A DNA stretch of 64,000 nt from a bacterium (GTDB lineage Archaea; Thermoplasmatota; E2; JACPAO01; JAHFTW01): the NCBI GenBank assembly GCA_040390065.1, contig JAZJZE010000009.1, positions 346,930 to 410,929 on the forward strand. Reading direction: 5' to 3'. Positions within the stretch are counted from its first letter, which is position 1. Each line of letters opens with the position of its first letter. Of this stretch, positions 9,323 to 19,543 are shown one piece after another. A program made the translations under genes and the position numbers. The notes beneath the pieces are model-generated. The model saw only the letters and a program-made list of their open reading frames with translations, ran no database searches and had not been told where the DNA came from.

Positions 9323-10846
9323 CTACGGCCCGGTGTACTGCAGGATGTAGAGGCCCGTCGCTTCGTCGCTCACGTACAGCAATCCCTGGTTCTGCACGAC
9401 GCCCCAGACATCCGGCTGCATGGTCGGCGACGCGGCCCGCGGCTTCGCGGTCATGTAGAAGCCGACCTCGACGGGATCCTTCATGTGTTCGGGGCTGGAC
9501 GCATCGATGACCCATACGCCGGCGTGGTAGTGCCCGAGGGCGACCTTGCCGTCCCACAAGTCGAAGTTGTGCGGGCTGAAGTTCAGGCCCGAGACGCCAA
9601 GCGGCGGGTTCTGCGGCGGCAGCGTCCAGTGCCCAACGGCGGACGGGTGGCTCGGGTCGGACGTGTCGATGAAGGTGATCTGGCCGGTCTCGTCGGGCGC
9701 CGAGATGATCTCCGGCTCGGCAACCGTGACTTGCGCCGTGTGCAAGCGGCCGTCGGGACTGGCGACTTGCATCGGCGTCGCAAACGCCTTGGCGAAGTGG
9801 ATGTTGTTGAAGGCGCTCGGCGCGAAGTCCGTGAAGGCGCCGACCTCGGCCAGCATGGGCAGCGCGTCGGGCGCGGCGGCGCTTGGTGGCGGCGGGTTGG
9901 AGAAGTCCAGGATGCGCAGCCCCTCGTCCCAGTACGCTAGGTCGATGAGCGTCCGGCCTTCCTGGAAGGGGTGGACCTGCACCGACGTGTCGTGCGGGAA
10001 ATACAGTTTGCCGGCCGGAGGCGACTGGACGATCTGGAACTGGGCCACGGGGAACAGGCCGACCTTGGGGACCGGGGCGCCTGGCACCGGCGACGGCGGA
10101 CTCGACTGGATGAGGTACACGATGAGGCGTTGCGTCACGGGGACGGCGCTCGCGATGCCGCCGGTCACGGGATCTGCAACCAGGTCGTATGTGCAGACGA
10201 GGAGGTAGTCGTTGCCGTTGGCGTGGCGGAAGAACGTGATGGTGTGCGGGCCGTTGTACGGCAGGGGAACGAACGAGTCGAGTTTCGGGGCGCCCTTGTC
10301 CGCGATGTCGACGACGTAGATGCCGCGACCGACGCCGGCCGCGGGCGTGCCTTGCGCGGCGAGGCCTCCGGCGAGTTGCTGCACGCTATTGCGCTGCGTG
10401 GACAGGAACGCGAGCGTCTCTTCGGGGTTGACCTCGACGTCGGCGCCGCCCTGCGCGGAGAAGTGCGACACGACGTGGGGCTGGCTCGGGTCCGTGTGGT
10501 CGATGATGCTGAAGCCGCCGTACGAGCCGTCCGACGATTGCGCCACGAGGTACGCGTACTGCTGCGTCACGGCAATCTCCGTGTACGTGGCGTGCGGCGG
10601 GATGCGATCGGGGTCGCCGGAGTCGTCGATGGCGTTCGAGTAGCCGACGAGGGCCATGTTGGCCGAGCCTTGATGCAGGTGCGCGTTTGTGTGGCCGGCG
10701 GGGTCGTCGTGGTCGACGCGCAGCACCGGCGCTGCGCTGGCATCGACGAAGCCCTTCACCGCAGTGTAGTCTGGACCGTTTTCGTCCTGCTGCAGGCAAC
10801 CAGCGGCAGCCAGCACCACAAACAATGTCGCCGCGACGGTCTTCAT
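9323..10846 (-). CDS. LVIVD-repeat beta-propeller lipoprotein
   Basis: Lipobox AAGC; GFSIIDHTDP, GIYVVDIAD, GLRILDFSNP, YHAGVWVID, GLYILQY repeats. Confidence 0.85.
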   Translation of the reverse strand: MKTVAATLFVVLAAAGCLQQDENGPDYTAVKGFVDASAAPVLRVDHDDPAGHTNAHLHQGSANMALVGYSNAIDDSGDPDRIPPHATYTEIAVTQQYAYLVAQSSDGSYGGFSIIDHTDPSQPHVVSHFSAQGGADVEVNPEETLAFLSTQRNSVQQLAGGLAAQGTPAAGVGRGIYVVDIADKGAPKLDSFVPLPYNGPHTITFFRHANGNDYLLVCTYDLVADPVTGGIASAVPVTQRLIVYLIQSSPPSPVPGAPVPKVGLFPVAQFQIVQSPPAGKLYFPHDTSVQVHPFQEGRTLIDLAYWDEGLRILDFSNPPPPSAAAPDALPMLAEVGAFTDFAPSAFNNIHFAKAFATPMQVASPDGRLHTAQVTVAEPEIISAPDETGQITFIDTSDPSHPSAVGHWTLPPQNPPLGVSGLNFSPHNFDLWDGKVALGHYHAGVWVIDASSPEHMKDPVEVGFYMTAKPRAASPTMQPDVWGVVQNQGLLYVSDEATGLYILQYTGP

Positions 10847-11484
10847 CGGTTGGGCGACCCGGACGGAGACTCAAAGGGGTTGTGGTCCCGCAGCCACGCC
10901 TCGTCGGGTGGGTCGCGCGTCGTGATGCCGTTGCGGCGCAGCAGGTCACGCGTGGCCGCGAGGGGGAGGCCGACGACGTTGCTCCACGGGCCAGCCTGGA
11001 TGCGGACGTAGGGCTGAAGCATCGTGTCCTGGATGCCGTAGCCGCCGGCCTTGCCCTGCCACAACCCGGAGTCGGCGTACGCGTCCACGACGGCGGCGGG
11101 CATGCGCTCCATCAAGACGGCTGTGACCGCATGCGATGCGTCGACGGCACGGCCATCCCACGCCAGAGCGAGTCCGGTCCACACTTGATGCGTCGTGCCC
11201 GAAAGGAACGCGAGCTTCTGCCGCATCTCCTCGGGCGTCACGGCCTTGTCCACGAGTTCATCGCGGCAGGCAACGACGGTGTCGGCGGCGAGCACGAAGG
11301 CGCCGCGGTCCTTCTCACTCGTCGCAAGCGCCTTCTTGCGCGCGATGACTGACACCGCTTCCGCGATGGAAAGCGCCCGCGGCGCGACCTCTTCGACCGG
11401 TGTGGGCGCCACCGCGAAGTCGTCGACCAGGAACTTGAGCAGGATGGAACGACGAGGCGACTGCGAAGCGAGGACGAGACGCAT
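10843..11484 (-). CDS. maf: Maf family nucleoside triphosphate pyrophosphatase
   Basis: LVLASQSPRR, AADTVV, GKAGGYGIQ, NVVGLP. Confidence 0.95.
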   Translation of the reverse strand: MRLVLASQSPRRSILLKFLVDDFAVAPTPVEEVAPRALSIAEAVSVIARKKALATSEKDRGAFVLAADTVVACRDELVDKAVTPEEMRQKLAFLSGTTHQVWTGLALAWDGRAVDASHAVTAVLMERMPAAVVDAYADSGLWQGKAGGYGIQDTMLQPYVRIQAGPWSNVVGLPLAATRDLLRRNGITTRDPPDEAWLRDHNPFESPSGSPNR

Positions 11485-11529
11485 CGGGGAAACAGCCGAA
11501 GGGGGACGGCGTCTTAGCCGTTGGCCGCG

Positions 11530-13053
11530 CTACTCCGCAGCGACGTACGCCACCGAGCGCCCCTGGCGTTCGCCGTGGACGAGGCCGCCCTTGGCCAAAC
11601 GGTTGAGGCGATGCTGCGCCGTCGTGCGCTTCCAGCCATGCTGCTCCACCATGACTTCGAGGATGTCCTTCTGGGTCAGCCCGGGGGAAGCGGCGACGAC
11701 GGAGTGCAGCAGGCTGAGTTCTGGCTCGCGAAGGTAGACCGTTCGCTCCCAACCCTGCTTCGCCGCCGCCTTGGGGAAGAACCTGCGGGTGGAACCGTGC
11801 AAGTGCTCCACGGCCATGCCGTTGCGCACCAGGATGCCGAGGTGGTGATTGGCTTGGCTCGGCGACGACTTCGTGATGCGCGCCACTTCGCGCAGCGTCG
11901 CCCCCGGATTCGCCGCCAGCACGGCCCAGATGGCATTGCGCACGGGATGGGAAAGTGGGTCGCGCAGGCGACGCGTGAAGAACCCAGCTAGGAGTCCCTT
12001 CACGACGAGGACGCCTGCGACGACGGCGCCCACGACGGCGACCGAGACAGAGGCGCCAAGAAGCAGCCCGGGGGCAATCGCGGCTTCATCGTACTTGGCG
12101 GTCCGAACGGTGCCCGAGAAGCCGGCGCTGGCCCGGCCAGACCCGGCTTGATGGATCCCGTCCAGACGCAGGGTGCCCGTCGCTTGCAGCGTTTGGTTCT
12201 CTGGCAACTCGCAGGTGTCGCAGTCGGTCGAACCCTTTGCGAGCGGGAGCCGGACCCAGCCGTCGACGTCCAGCGTCAGAGACGGGCCGCCGAGCAGGGC
12301 GAGGCCGACGACGCCGGCAGCGTGAAGCGAACCGCCGGTCGTTGCCAGTTCCTCGTAGTTGTACGAAAGAAGTTGCACCAGTTGGTCGGGTGGCAGCCGC
12401 ACGTCCTGCCTCTGCAGGCCGCCGCCATCGGGACAAGGCGACGCGTCGCAGGCAACGGTGGCGTTGAACCATTCCACGGTCCGGACTCCGGTCGCCTGCA
12501 CCTCATAGGCGAATCCCGTAGCTCCAAAGAAGTCGTAGCGGCCGACCACGTCACCGTCCTGCCCGGCGCGGCCACGGAAAAGGCGGTCGTAAGGGCCGCT
12601 TTCTGGTACAAGTTGCGAAAACGGCCGTCCCTTTGCCTTCGCGGCGAGTTCGGCGGCGCCGCCGGCCACGTGAATCGATATGGATTTCGCCTCCACGTAC
12701 AACGAGGACCGACCGCCGAGACGCAGAGTTTCGCCGGTGCCCGCCACCGTCAGGTTCGTGTCGCCACCCTGGCCCGGCAGGTCGACACCGCCCGATGTCG
12801 GACTGTAATACGAATTGATCTGGACGGTGTGGTTTGTCACGACGGCGCCGGCTGCTTGGTGGACGTCCACAACGGACGGCGCAGCCGCCGCGTCCGTGAA
12901 CAGCAGCAGGCGCGCACCGCCGGAAAGCGTCGCGTTGCCCGAAAAGGCCGCGGGAAGCGCGAAGTCAAGCGAGGCCTGCGGCTCCCCGGCGGCAAGAAGC
13001 GGCGCGGTGGCCAAGAGAATGGCGAGGACTACGGCGCAATGGGGTGCTTGCAT
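11530..13053 (-). CDS. Membrane-anchored transcription regulator: extracellular N-terminal domain + TM + tandem winged-HTH
   Basis: Signal peptide, TM near aa 335-360, FFTR..PLSHPVRNAI..NPGATLRE..HHLGIL, SPGLTQKDI (COG3398-like double wHTH). Confidence 0.8.
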   Translation of the reverse strand: MQAPHCAVVLAILLATAPLLAAGEPQASLDFALPAAFSGNATLSGGARLLLFTDAAAAPSVVDVHQAAGAVVTNHTVQINSYYSPTSGGVDLPGQGGDTNLTVAGTGETLRLGGRSSLYVEAKSISIHVAGGAAELAAKAKGRPFSQLVPESGPYDRLFRGRAGQDGDVVGRYDFFGATGFAYEVQATGVRTVEWFNATVACDASPCPDGGGLQRQDVRLPPDQLVQLLSYNYEELATTGGSLHAAGVVGLALLGGPSLTLDVDGWVRLPLAKGSTDCDTCELPENQTLQATGTLRLDGIHQAGSGRASAGFSGTVRTAKYDEAAIAPGLLLGASVSVAVVGAVVAGVLVVKGLLAGFFTRRLRDPLSHPVRNAIWAVLAANPGATLREVARITKSSPSQANHHLGILVRNGMAVEHLHGSTRRFFPKAAAKQGWERTVYLREPELSLLHSVVAASPGLTQKDILEVMVEQHGWKRTTAQHRLNRLAKGGLVHGERQGRSVAYVAAE

Positions 13054-13511
13054 TCGAGGTCACTGAATCTGTGGAACGTGCCGGTCAGGCGGTAGCTTGG
13101 CTGCACGAGTCCACGCCCTTCGTACGCGGTCTGGCCGAGCCGGCTGTACAGCATGGGCGGGTTCATTGTGCCCGTCACGACATAGGGTTGGAGCCCGAAG
13201 GTCGATTCTTCCCGAAGGTCGAGCAGCGTGACGTTCGTTCCGGCGATCCACACGACGCGGATGATGTCGTGGCTTGGCTTGGGGTTCAACTCCGGGTCGT
13301 CCGCACTCATGGAGGACTGCATGCCCGCCGGGGTCCGCCACGTGGCTGCCATGCGGGGGACCGGGGAGGCGGGAGTCCAGTCAAAACCGATGTCCGCCGG
13401 TCGGGCCGGGAACGCGTACGCGGTCGAGACCATCGCGGAGACGTTGCCATCGCTGACGTGCCACACTCCGGGATCCGGCAGGCCGTGATCAACCACAAGG
13501 CGACTGCTCAT
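13029..13511 (-). pseudogene. N-terminally truncated third copy of lipoprotein family A
   Basis: IIRVVW..VTLLDL..GTMNPPML..GTFHRFSDLECKHPIAP aligns to the family A C-terminal half; no signal peptide or lipobox. Confidence 0.65.
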
Positions 13512-13835
13512 ACCTGGGGCCGCCCAGCAACACCTGCGATACCCAGCTGCCCGCTCAACAGAAGCCAATTACCGCCGGAATCAGCGGACACGGCTACGAG
13601 GACCTGACCGATGGGGACGAAAATACAGCCCCCGAAACCGTCACCGCTCACCTCATCGATGGCTGGGCCTCGTGGGGGTTCAATGATCCTCTGACTGTCA
13701 TCGGGTCGCCTGCCGCGCGCCAAGGAGCCGACTATCCAGGTTCATCTGGAATCTCATGGAAGACCATCGACCCGCAGGGAGCGGTGTGCGCGGCGCCGGG
13801 CCTCGGCCTTGCCTGCGCCCTCTAGGAGCCGCCTC

Positions 13836-15293
13836 ATGGATGCCCTTTTCCCCTCTCTCCAACCTGCTGCGGCTGTGGCGAGGCCGGCACTAGCGCAGAT
13901 TGCGGTGCTCGTCTTCTGCGTGGTCGCCGGCTGCGCCGGCCCCGGGGGCTACGGAGGCGAGGACCATGGCTGCACCGCTTTCCCCGGAATCCCGTGCGAG
14001 GAAGGACTGGGACGAATCCGCCTCCATGACTTCGAGATCCACGGCCAGCCCGCCGATTCCGGTTTGACGCTCGGCCCCCAAGCGGCTATGATTGTCGTGG
14101 AGAACGCGTCGATTGTTGGTCTTCGCTGGGGAATTTGGATTCACATGACGGATTGCGACGCCTGCCATGTCGTGCTGCGAAACGTCAAAGTGGACACGGT
14201 CCTCCAAGGTATTGGCATCGATGCTGACTCCGGAACCATCGTTTTGGCGAATGTGACTGTTACGACGGCCGGCGGAAATCCGGAGATATTGGAACCTGAG
14301 GGGGACAGGTCAATTCATTTCGGCGGGACGGATGGCGTCCGCCTCTATTCGCCTCATGATTCGCCATTTGTCAGCGACGCCGACAAACCTAATCCATGCG
14401 CGACGGGCCCTGGGCTCGGCTTGCCTTCCTGTTGCCATGCCAACCCAAGGGCGACTATTGAAATTGCAAACCTTCGAATAACGAGCCACACGGCCAGCGA
14501 TGGAACGGGGCTAGGCGGAGGCATATGCCCCGAGTTGAAGCGCCTTGACCTGTCCGCCGTGTCAATCTCTTCCTACGCTTATGGAATTGAGGCCTGGCCC
14601 GAAAGCGGGACAATCGACCGCGTCAGCATCGATTGCCTCCGCGCCGGCATCATCCTGTGGGCTGGTCGCGGAGAATCGGCCCTAACCGCCAGCGGGACCA
14701 GGATATCGGGGTGCCGCGGGGACCGGCCAGGTGAAGGAATTGGATTTCTTGTCGGGCTTCCAGCCCGCATTTCGGACCTGGCGATTTCCGATTGCCGCAT
14801 CGGAATCCAAGACGATAGCCTGGACCTCGACCTCGACGATTTCTCCCTGTTGGACAACGGCATCGGCCTGAACTCCAGCCTGGTGGGAAGTGGGCGAAAG
14901 TCATTTTCGAACGGCGAGGTCATCAATTCCTCGTATGCCGGCCTTCGGGCTACCGGCCCCGTGGTCCGTATCAATCGTGTTGCCTTCATGCACAATGGTT
15001 TCATGGCGTCAAATCCCGCGACCCCCCCATCAACGGTTCCGGCCGTCGGAGGGCTAGTGTTTGGAGCCACCGGCGCCCTTGACCCGAACGCGGGGATTTC
15101 CCTTCGAAGCGTCCGTAACGCGTCCTTCGAAGGGAACGAACCGTTTGCAATAAGCGCCTCCGACCCGGTAGACGCGTCCTTGAATTGGTGGGGCAGTCCG
15201 CTCGGGCCTTCGCCTCTGGGTCGCGTTCCCGGGTTTGGCGACGTAGTCGCAGGGCCGGTACTGACCGAGCCACCACTGACGGCGCCGCCCTAG
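13836..15293 (+). CDS. Right-handed parallel beta-helix (NosD/pectin-lyase-like) lipoprotein
   Basis: VAGC lipobox, repeated GIxI/ISxCxxGI turns, C-terminal DASLNWWGSPLGP; atypical codon usage. Confidence 0.7.
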   Translation: MDALFPSLQPAAAVARPALAQIAVLVFCVVAGCAGPGGYGGEDHGCTAFPGIPCEEGLGRIRLHDFEIHGQPADSGLTLGPQAAMIVVENASIVGLRWGIWIHMTDCDACHVVLRNVKVDTVLQGIGIDADSGTIVLANVTVTTAGGNPEILEPEGDRSIHFGGTDGVRLYSPHDSPFVSDADKPNPCATGPGLGLPSCCHANPRATIEIANLRITSHTASDGTGLGGGICPELKRLDLSAVSISSYAYGIEAWPESGTIDRVSIDCLRAGIILWAGRGESALTASGTRISGCRGDRPGEGIGFLVGLPARISDLAISDCRIGIQDDSLDLDLDDFSLLDNGIGLNSSLVGSGRKSFSNGEVINSSYAGLRATGPVVRINRVAFMHNGFMASNPATPPSTVPAVGGLVFGATGALDPNAGISLRSVRNASFEGNEPFAISASDPVDASLNWWGSPLGPSPLGRVPGFGDVVAGPVLTEPPLTAPP

Positions 15294-15317
15294 CCGCGCC
15301 GTGGTCTCCGCTTCGGG

Positions 15318-17243
15318 CTAGTGCGCCACCTTCTCCAGCGCCGCCTTCAACCTCGCGGAGATCAACTGCCCGTCCGCCTTGCCGCGCAACTCGGCCATGA
15401 CGGGGCCCATGAGCGGACCGATGGCGGCCATTCCCTTTGCCTTCACGAAGTCGACGCGCTCGGCGATCACTTTGGCGATGACGGCGTCCACGGCGGCCGC
15501 GTCGAGCGATCCTGCTCCAGCCTTGGCCATGGCGGCATCGAGGCTCTTCTCCCCGGCGTCGAGGGCCTTGAGGATGTCCGGGATGGCTTCCTTGGCGAAC
15601 TTGCCTGCGCGAAGGGCGGCAAACATCCCCGGCAGATGCGCGAGCACCGCGTCGGGCGTCTTGAGTTCCGGAAGGTACTGCAGCAGGACGCGCGCCGCCA
15701 GAGGGCCCTCGGCTCCGGCTTGCACGAGTTCCTGGAATTCCGCCTCCATGCCGTCGGCCACGAGTTGCTGCGCGATGTCCTTGCTGACGCCGTTTGCCTT
15801 GACGAACAGGGCGACCTTTTCCTCGGGCTTCGGCGGGAGGCGGCCCTTCACGTCCTTCCACGTCGCCGCGGAGACGAGAATTGGTGGCACGTCCGTCTCC
15901 GGATACATGCGGGCCGCTCCCGGCATGGGCCGCATGAAGCGCGTCGAATCGTCCGGCTGCACCGCGCGGACTTCCTGCTGGAATGCACTCGCCGCCTGAA
16001 CGTACCTTGCGGCTGCGGCGGCCACTGCCATCCTGGCGATGGCAGGCTTCTCGACGCACAACGCGAACGCGTCGGCGGCACCGCACCCGAGAAGCTGGCG
16101 CACGGCGTCGACTTCGGCCTGGGTGATGCCGTAGCCTGGCAACTCGTCACTGTGGAAGATACCCTTGACGCCGGCCGAGACCTTGGCGTGGTCGGCCAGT
16201 TCGCGGCCGAGGCGGGGCCCGTCCTTCGTCGCCCCCTTGAGGAGTCCCGCGCCGTGCTGGAGGCGTACTCCCATGACCACGGCGCCGCGCTGCAACGACT
16301 CCCGCACGACCTTCGCCGTCGTCGCCGCCAGCGCGGCCGTGACATCGTGAGGCACGTCGGCCTTCGCGCCGCCGAGCCGCTTCAACTCCTCCCGCACGTG
16401 GTGCATCCACAATTGCCGACGGCACTCCGCCTCGATGATGCGGGGAATCGCGCGCAGGTCCTGGCAGCCCTTGATCTCGACGCGGGCACCGACGCCGACG
16501 GAGACGTTGAGGTCCTGCCGGATGGTGCCGAGGCCACGCTTGACGCGCCCCGTCGCCCGAAGCAGGGCACCGATGCGGGCCGCGGCCCGTTGCGCGTGCT
16601 GCGGGTCCACGATGTCCGGCGCCGTCGCCACTTCCAGAAGAGGAATGCCGAGGCGGTCGAGAGTGTACGTCACGACGTCGGCTTCGCCTTCCAGCTTGCG
16701 CGCCGAATCCTCCTCCAACGCCATCGTCCAGATGCCCACGTCACCACCCTCCACGTCGAGCTTGCCACCGGTCGCGATGAGGGCCGTGCGTTGGAAGCCC
16801 GACGTGTTGGAGCCGTCGATGACGGTCTTGCGCATGACGTGCACTTCGTCGACGGGTCGGCCGGCTACGAGGCCCGCGAAGGTGAGTGCCACGTCGAGAG
16901 CATCGGTCGACATTGGGTGAGGCGGCTCTTCGTCCAATTCGACAAGGCTCGACAGGCCGTCCATCACGAGGTAACGGAAGCGACGGTTGCGCCTCGCCTC
17001 GGCCGCTGCCGCTGCGTCGACTTCGCCCAGCTCGGAGCCGGTCGCGCGAAGCACCCGCTCCACGGTCGCAACGGTGCGCCTGGCAACGTCGTCGGGTTCG
17101 ACCACGTCACTGGGGCAGGGGCTGAACAGCTTGCGCGTCGCCAGCTGCTGATGGATCTCCAGGCCACATCGGAAGCCGATGGCCTTGTAATCGAGCTTCG
17201 CCGCCTGGCTCGCGCGTGCCGCGTCGTCTCCTAACGTCGTCAT
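15318..17243 (-). CDS. gatE: Glu-tRNA(Gln) amidotransferase subunit E
   Basis: LDYKAIGFRCGLEIHQQL, IDGSNTSGFQRT, RPMPGAARMYPETD, GPLMGPVMAELRGKADG. Confidence 0.98.
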   Translation of the reverse strand: MTTLGDDAARASQAAKLDYKAIGFRCGLEIHQQLATRKLFSPCPSDVVEPDDVARRTVATVERVLRATGSELGEVDAAAAAEARRNRRFRYLVMDGLSSLVELDEEPPHPMSTDALDVALTFAGLVAGRPVDEVHVMRKTVIDGSNTSGFQRTALIATGGKLDVEGGDVGIWTMALEEDSARKLEGEADVVTYTLDRLGIPLLEVATAPDIVDPQHAQRAAARIGALLRATGRVKRGLGTIRQDLNVSVGVGARVEIKGCQDLRAIPRIIEAECRRQLWMHHVREELKRLGGAKADVPHDVTAALAATTAKVVRESLQRGAVVMGVRLQHGAGLLKGATKDGPRLGRELADHAKVSAGVKGIFHSDELPGYGITQAEVDAVRQLLGCGAADAFALCVEKPAIARMAVAAAAARYVQAASAFQQEVRAVQPDDSTRFMRPMPGAARMYPETDVPPILVSAATWKDVKGRLPPKPEEKVALFVKANGVSKDIAQQLVADGMEAEFQELVQAGAEGPLAARVLLQYLPELKTPDAVLAHLPGMFAALRAGKFAKEAIPDILKALDAGEKSLDAAMAKAGAGSLDAAAVDAVIAKVIAERVDFVKAKGMAAIGPLMGPVMAELRGKADGQLISARLKAALEKVAH

Positions 17244-18538
17244 GCCTTGGCCCCTGGCGCCGCGTGCGCTTCACCGAAGGCCCGCACGTCGATAGGCGCA
17301 TCCATCTCGCCAGCAACTGGGGACAAGAAGCGACGCCGCACCTCGTCGCGCGACTTGGCCCACTCGGGGTGGCCGAGGATCCACATCATCTTGATGTACG
17401 CCACCTCGGGCAACATGTCCTGTGCCGGGATGACACCCATCTGCAACAGGTCACGGCCAGTCGAGTAGACGTTCATGTTCACGGCGCCGCTCACGCATTG
17501 ACTCGCCATGACGACGTGTGCCCCCCTGTCGATGACCGCCTTGATGCCGGGGAGGCAGCGCCGCGCGATGTGCCCAAGCCCCGTGCCGACGATGACGGTG
17601 GCGTCGATCACGACGTCCTCGATGTGCTGCGGCCACAACCCCGGATAACTCAGGATCATGCTCACCTTCTCGTCGAAGCGCGCATCGCATGACGTCGACC
17701 CCTTCCCTGCCTTGACGTAGGGCCGATCCAGCCGCACGGCGCCCGCCTCGACGCGGCCGATCGGGGGCACGTTGATGGATTGGAAAGCGTCGCGCCGACT
17801 CGTATGCATCTTGCGCACGCGCGTCGCCCGGTGGACGAGGCAGACATCGTCCGACGACGAACCGTGCAGCACCGCCACGACTTCGCCAAGGTCCGTGGTC
17901 GCTGCCACCCGCGCCGCAGCCAGGAGATTCATGGAGGCATCCGACGACGGCCGGTCGCTGGAACGCTGCGAGCCCACGAGGACCACGGGACCGGACAAAT
18001 CGCGCAAAGCGAAGGCCAGGGCTGCCGCCGTGTAGGCAAGCGTGTCGGTGCCATGCGGAATCACGACGCCACGCGCCCCGTGATTGAGGTGCCACGCCGC
18101 CCGCTCCGCAATCTTCGCCCAATGCTCCGGCTGCATGTCCTCCGAGAACATGTTGAAGACCACCTCGGCGCGGATGTTGCAGAAGCCGAACAACTCCGGC
18201 GCCGCAGCCGCCAACTCCTCCGGCCGCGTCGCCGGGTGAACACCGCCCGTCCGGTAGTCGATGAAAGACGCAATCGTGCCGCCCGTACCCAGGATTGCAA
18301 TCGTCGGCTTCGACGGGTCATCCACGACCGGCTTGCTCTCGACCTGCCGCGGCTTGCCCTTCTCCACCAACTCGACCTTTGCACCCGCACGCGCCAAGCC
18401 GACGTTGTAACCATTATCCAACTTGAGCGTCAAGATGCCCTCCCCACTGAACGAATGCCGCGGCATGAGAAGACCATCGAACGTCGCCCCATCCGCCGTC
18501 GTGATGCGAATGCGGTCCCCCGGCTGCGGCTCGGACAC
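17240..18538 (-). CDS. gatD: Glu-tRNA(Gln) amidotransferase subunit D
   Basis: KLDNGYNVG, GTGGTIAS, HGTDT, GSQRSSDRPSSD, RKMHTSRRDAF. Confidence 0.98.
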   Translation of the reverse strand: MSEPQPGDRIRITTADGATFDGLLMPRHSFSGEGILTLKLDNGYNVGLARAGAKVELVEKGKPRQVESKPVVDDPSKPTIAILGTGGTIASFIDYRTGGVHPATRPEELAAAAPELFGFCNIRAEVVFNMFSEDMQPEHWAKIAERAAWHLNHGARGVVIPHGTDTLAYTAAALAFALRDLSGPVVLVGSQRSSDRPSSDASMNLLAAARVAATTDLGEVVAVLHGSSSDDVCLVHRATRVRKMHTSRRDAFQSINVPPIGRVEAGAVRLDRPYVKAGKGSTSCDARFDEKVSMILSYPGLWPQHIEDVVIDATVIVGTGLGHIARRCLPGIKAVIDRGAHVVMASQCVSGAVNMNVYSTGRDLLQMGVIPAQDMLPEVAYIKMMWILGHPEWAKSRDEVRRRFLSPVAGEMDAPIDVRAFGEAHAAPGAKA

Positions 18539-18618
18539 GATGGGGCGACGGTGCGAGGGGTTATGGGTTGTGCTGGTGGCGTTTCACTTGCCCCTTCGAC
18601 GCGGACTTGGCCTTTCGC

Positions 18619-18660
18619 GGACGTCCATGGCCGGCCAAGCACGTCCACGGACGTCCAGGC
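18619..18660. repeat. Helically phased direct repeats ACGTCCA (18621, 18641, 18651; degenerate at 18631)
   Basis: Read directly; GGACGTCC palindromes at 18619 and 18649; immediately upstream of RHH gene. Confidence 0.65.
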
Positions 18661-18669
18661 GGAGCCCGC

Positions 18670-18843
18670 ATGCCCAACCGAATCGACTACGCCTCCATCG
18701 AAATCCCCCGCATCCTGCACGACCGCCTGCGCATGGCGAAGGAGCATCATCGGCAATCGTATTGGGAACTGGTCGAGGCGATGCTGGATTATTGGGAGGA
18801 TATGGGCGGGTGGGACTACGGGAGGAGGCCGCCCGTGCCATGA
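18670..18843 (+). CDS. Small ribbon-helix-helix-like protein (57 aa), paralog of 40981..41163
   Basis: SIEIPRILHDRL..HHRQSYWELVE..WEDMGGW; beta-strand-helix-helix pattern. Confidence 0.7.
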   Translation: MPNRIDYASIEIPRILHDRLRMAKEHHRQSYWELVEAMLDYWEDMGGWDYGRRPPVP

Positions 18844-18856
18844 TGCGGCCGGGCCG

Positions 18857-19543
18857 TCAAATGGCCGGCCCGCTGGCTTCGGTGGCGAGGCGTTCGAATT
18901 CCGTTCGGATTCCCGGGCCGAAATCGTGCCGGCCTGCGATGGCGGCGGCGACGACGTAGGCCGCCAGACTGGCTCCGACGACGAGGGCGACGCGCCCCCA
19001 TGCATGCATCATGTCAGCGACATCCCCCCACGCGTCGCACATCACCGGGCGCACGGCCGCGTTGGGACAGGCCTTCCCGTTGGAGCTCATGTTGAAGCCG
19101 CCGATGACGAGCAAGAACGCTGCGGCGCTGCCGAGGCTCCATGCGCCGATTGCCCGGGGCGAGGGGGCGCCTGGCAGCGCCTGCTTGAAGGCCATCCAGC
19201 GGGACTTCGTGATGCGCCCGTTTGCAAGCCAACCTGTCGCGGCGCGTTCCATGCCACGGCAGGTCCAGGCCCGTCGAAGGCGCCATGCGAGAAGGCCGAC
19301 GAGGCCTCCCAGCCATCCTGCAGCAAGCGTGGCCGGGATGGCCTTGACCAGGTTTAGCCAGCCTTCCCACCGTTCGCGTACCGCCCATTCGGTGTCGGTC
19401 TGACCGCCGGGTGCGAAGCGCTCCGCGAAGGTGTCGAGCGAGATGACGACGGCGACCGCGATGGCGGCGGCGACGACGACCAGACGCAGGCGCGGCCGGA
19501 CAAGCCGCCCGCCAACCCAGTCGACCGGGGCCGCCCAGTTCAC
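18857..19543 (-). CDS. Multi-pass membrane protein
   Basis: GTG overlapping upstream TGA; about four hydrophobic segments. Confidence 0.6.
   Translation of the reverse strand: MNWAAPVDWVGGRLVRPRLRLVVVAAAIAVAVVISLDTFAERFAPGGQTDTEWAVRERWEGWLNLVKAIPATLAAGWLGGLVGLLAWRLRRAWTCRGMERAATGWLANGRITKSRWMAFKQALPGAPSPRAIGAWSLGSAAAFLLVIGGFNMSSNGKACPNAAVRPVMCDAWGDVADMMHAWGRVALVVGASLAAYVVAAAIAGRHDFGPGIRTEFERLATEASGPAI

Noticed and set aside
13508-13723. Possible remnant of family B gene upstream of the third lipoprotein copy
   Set aside because: ATGA-coupled, but no recognisable similarity to family B motifs
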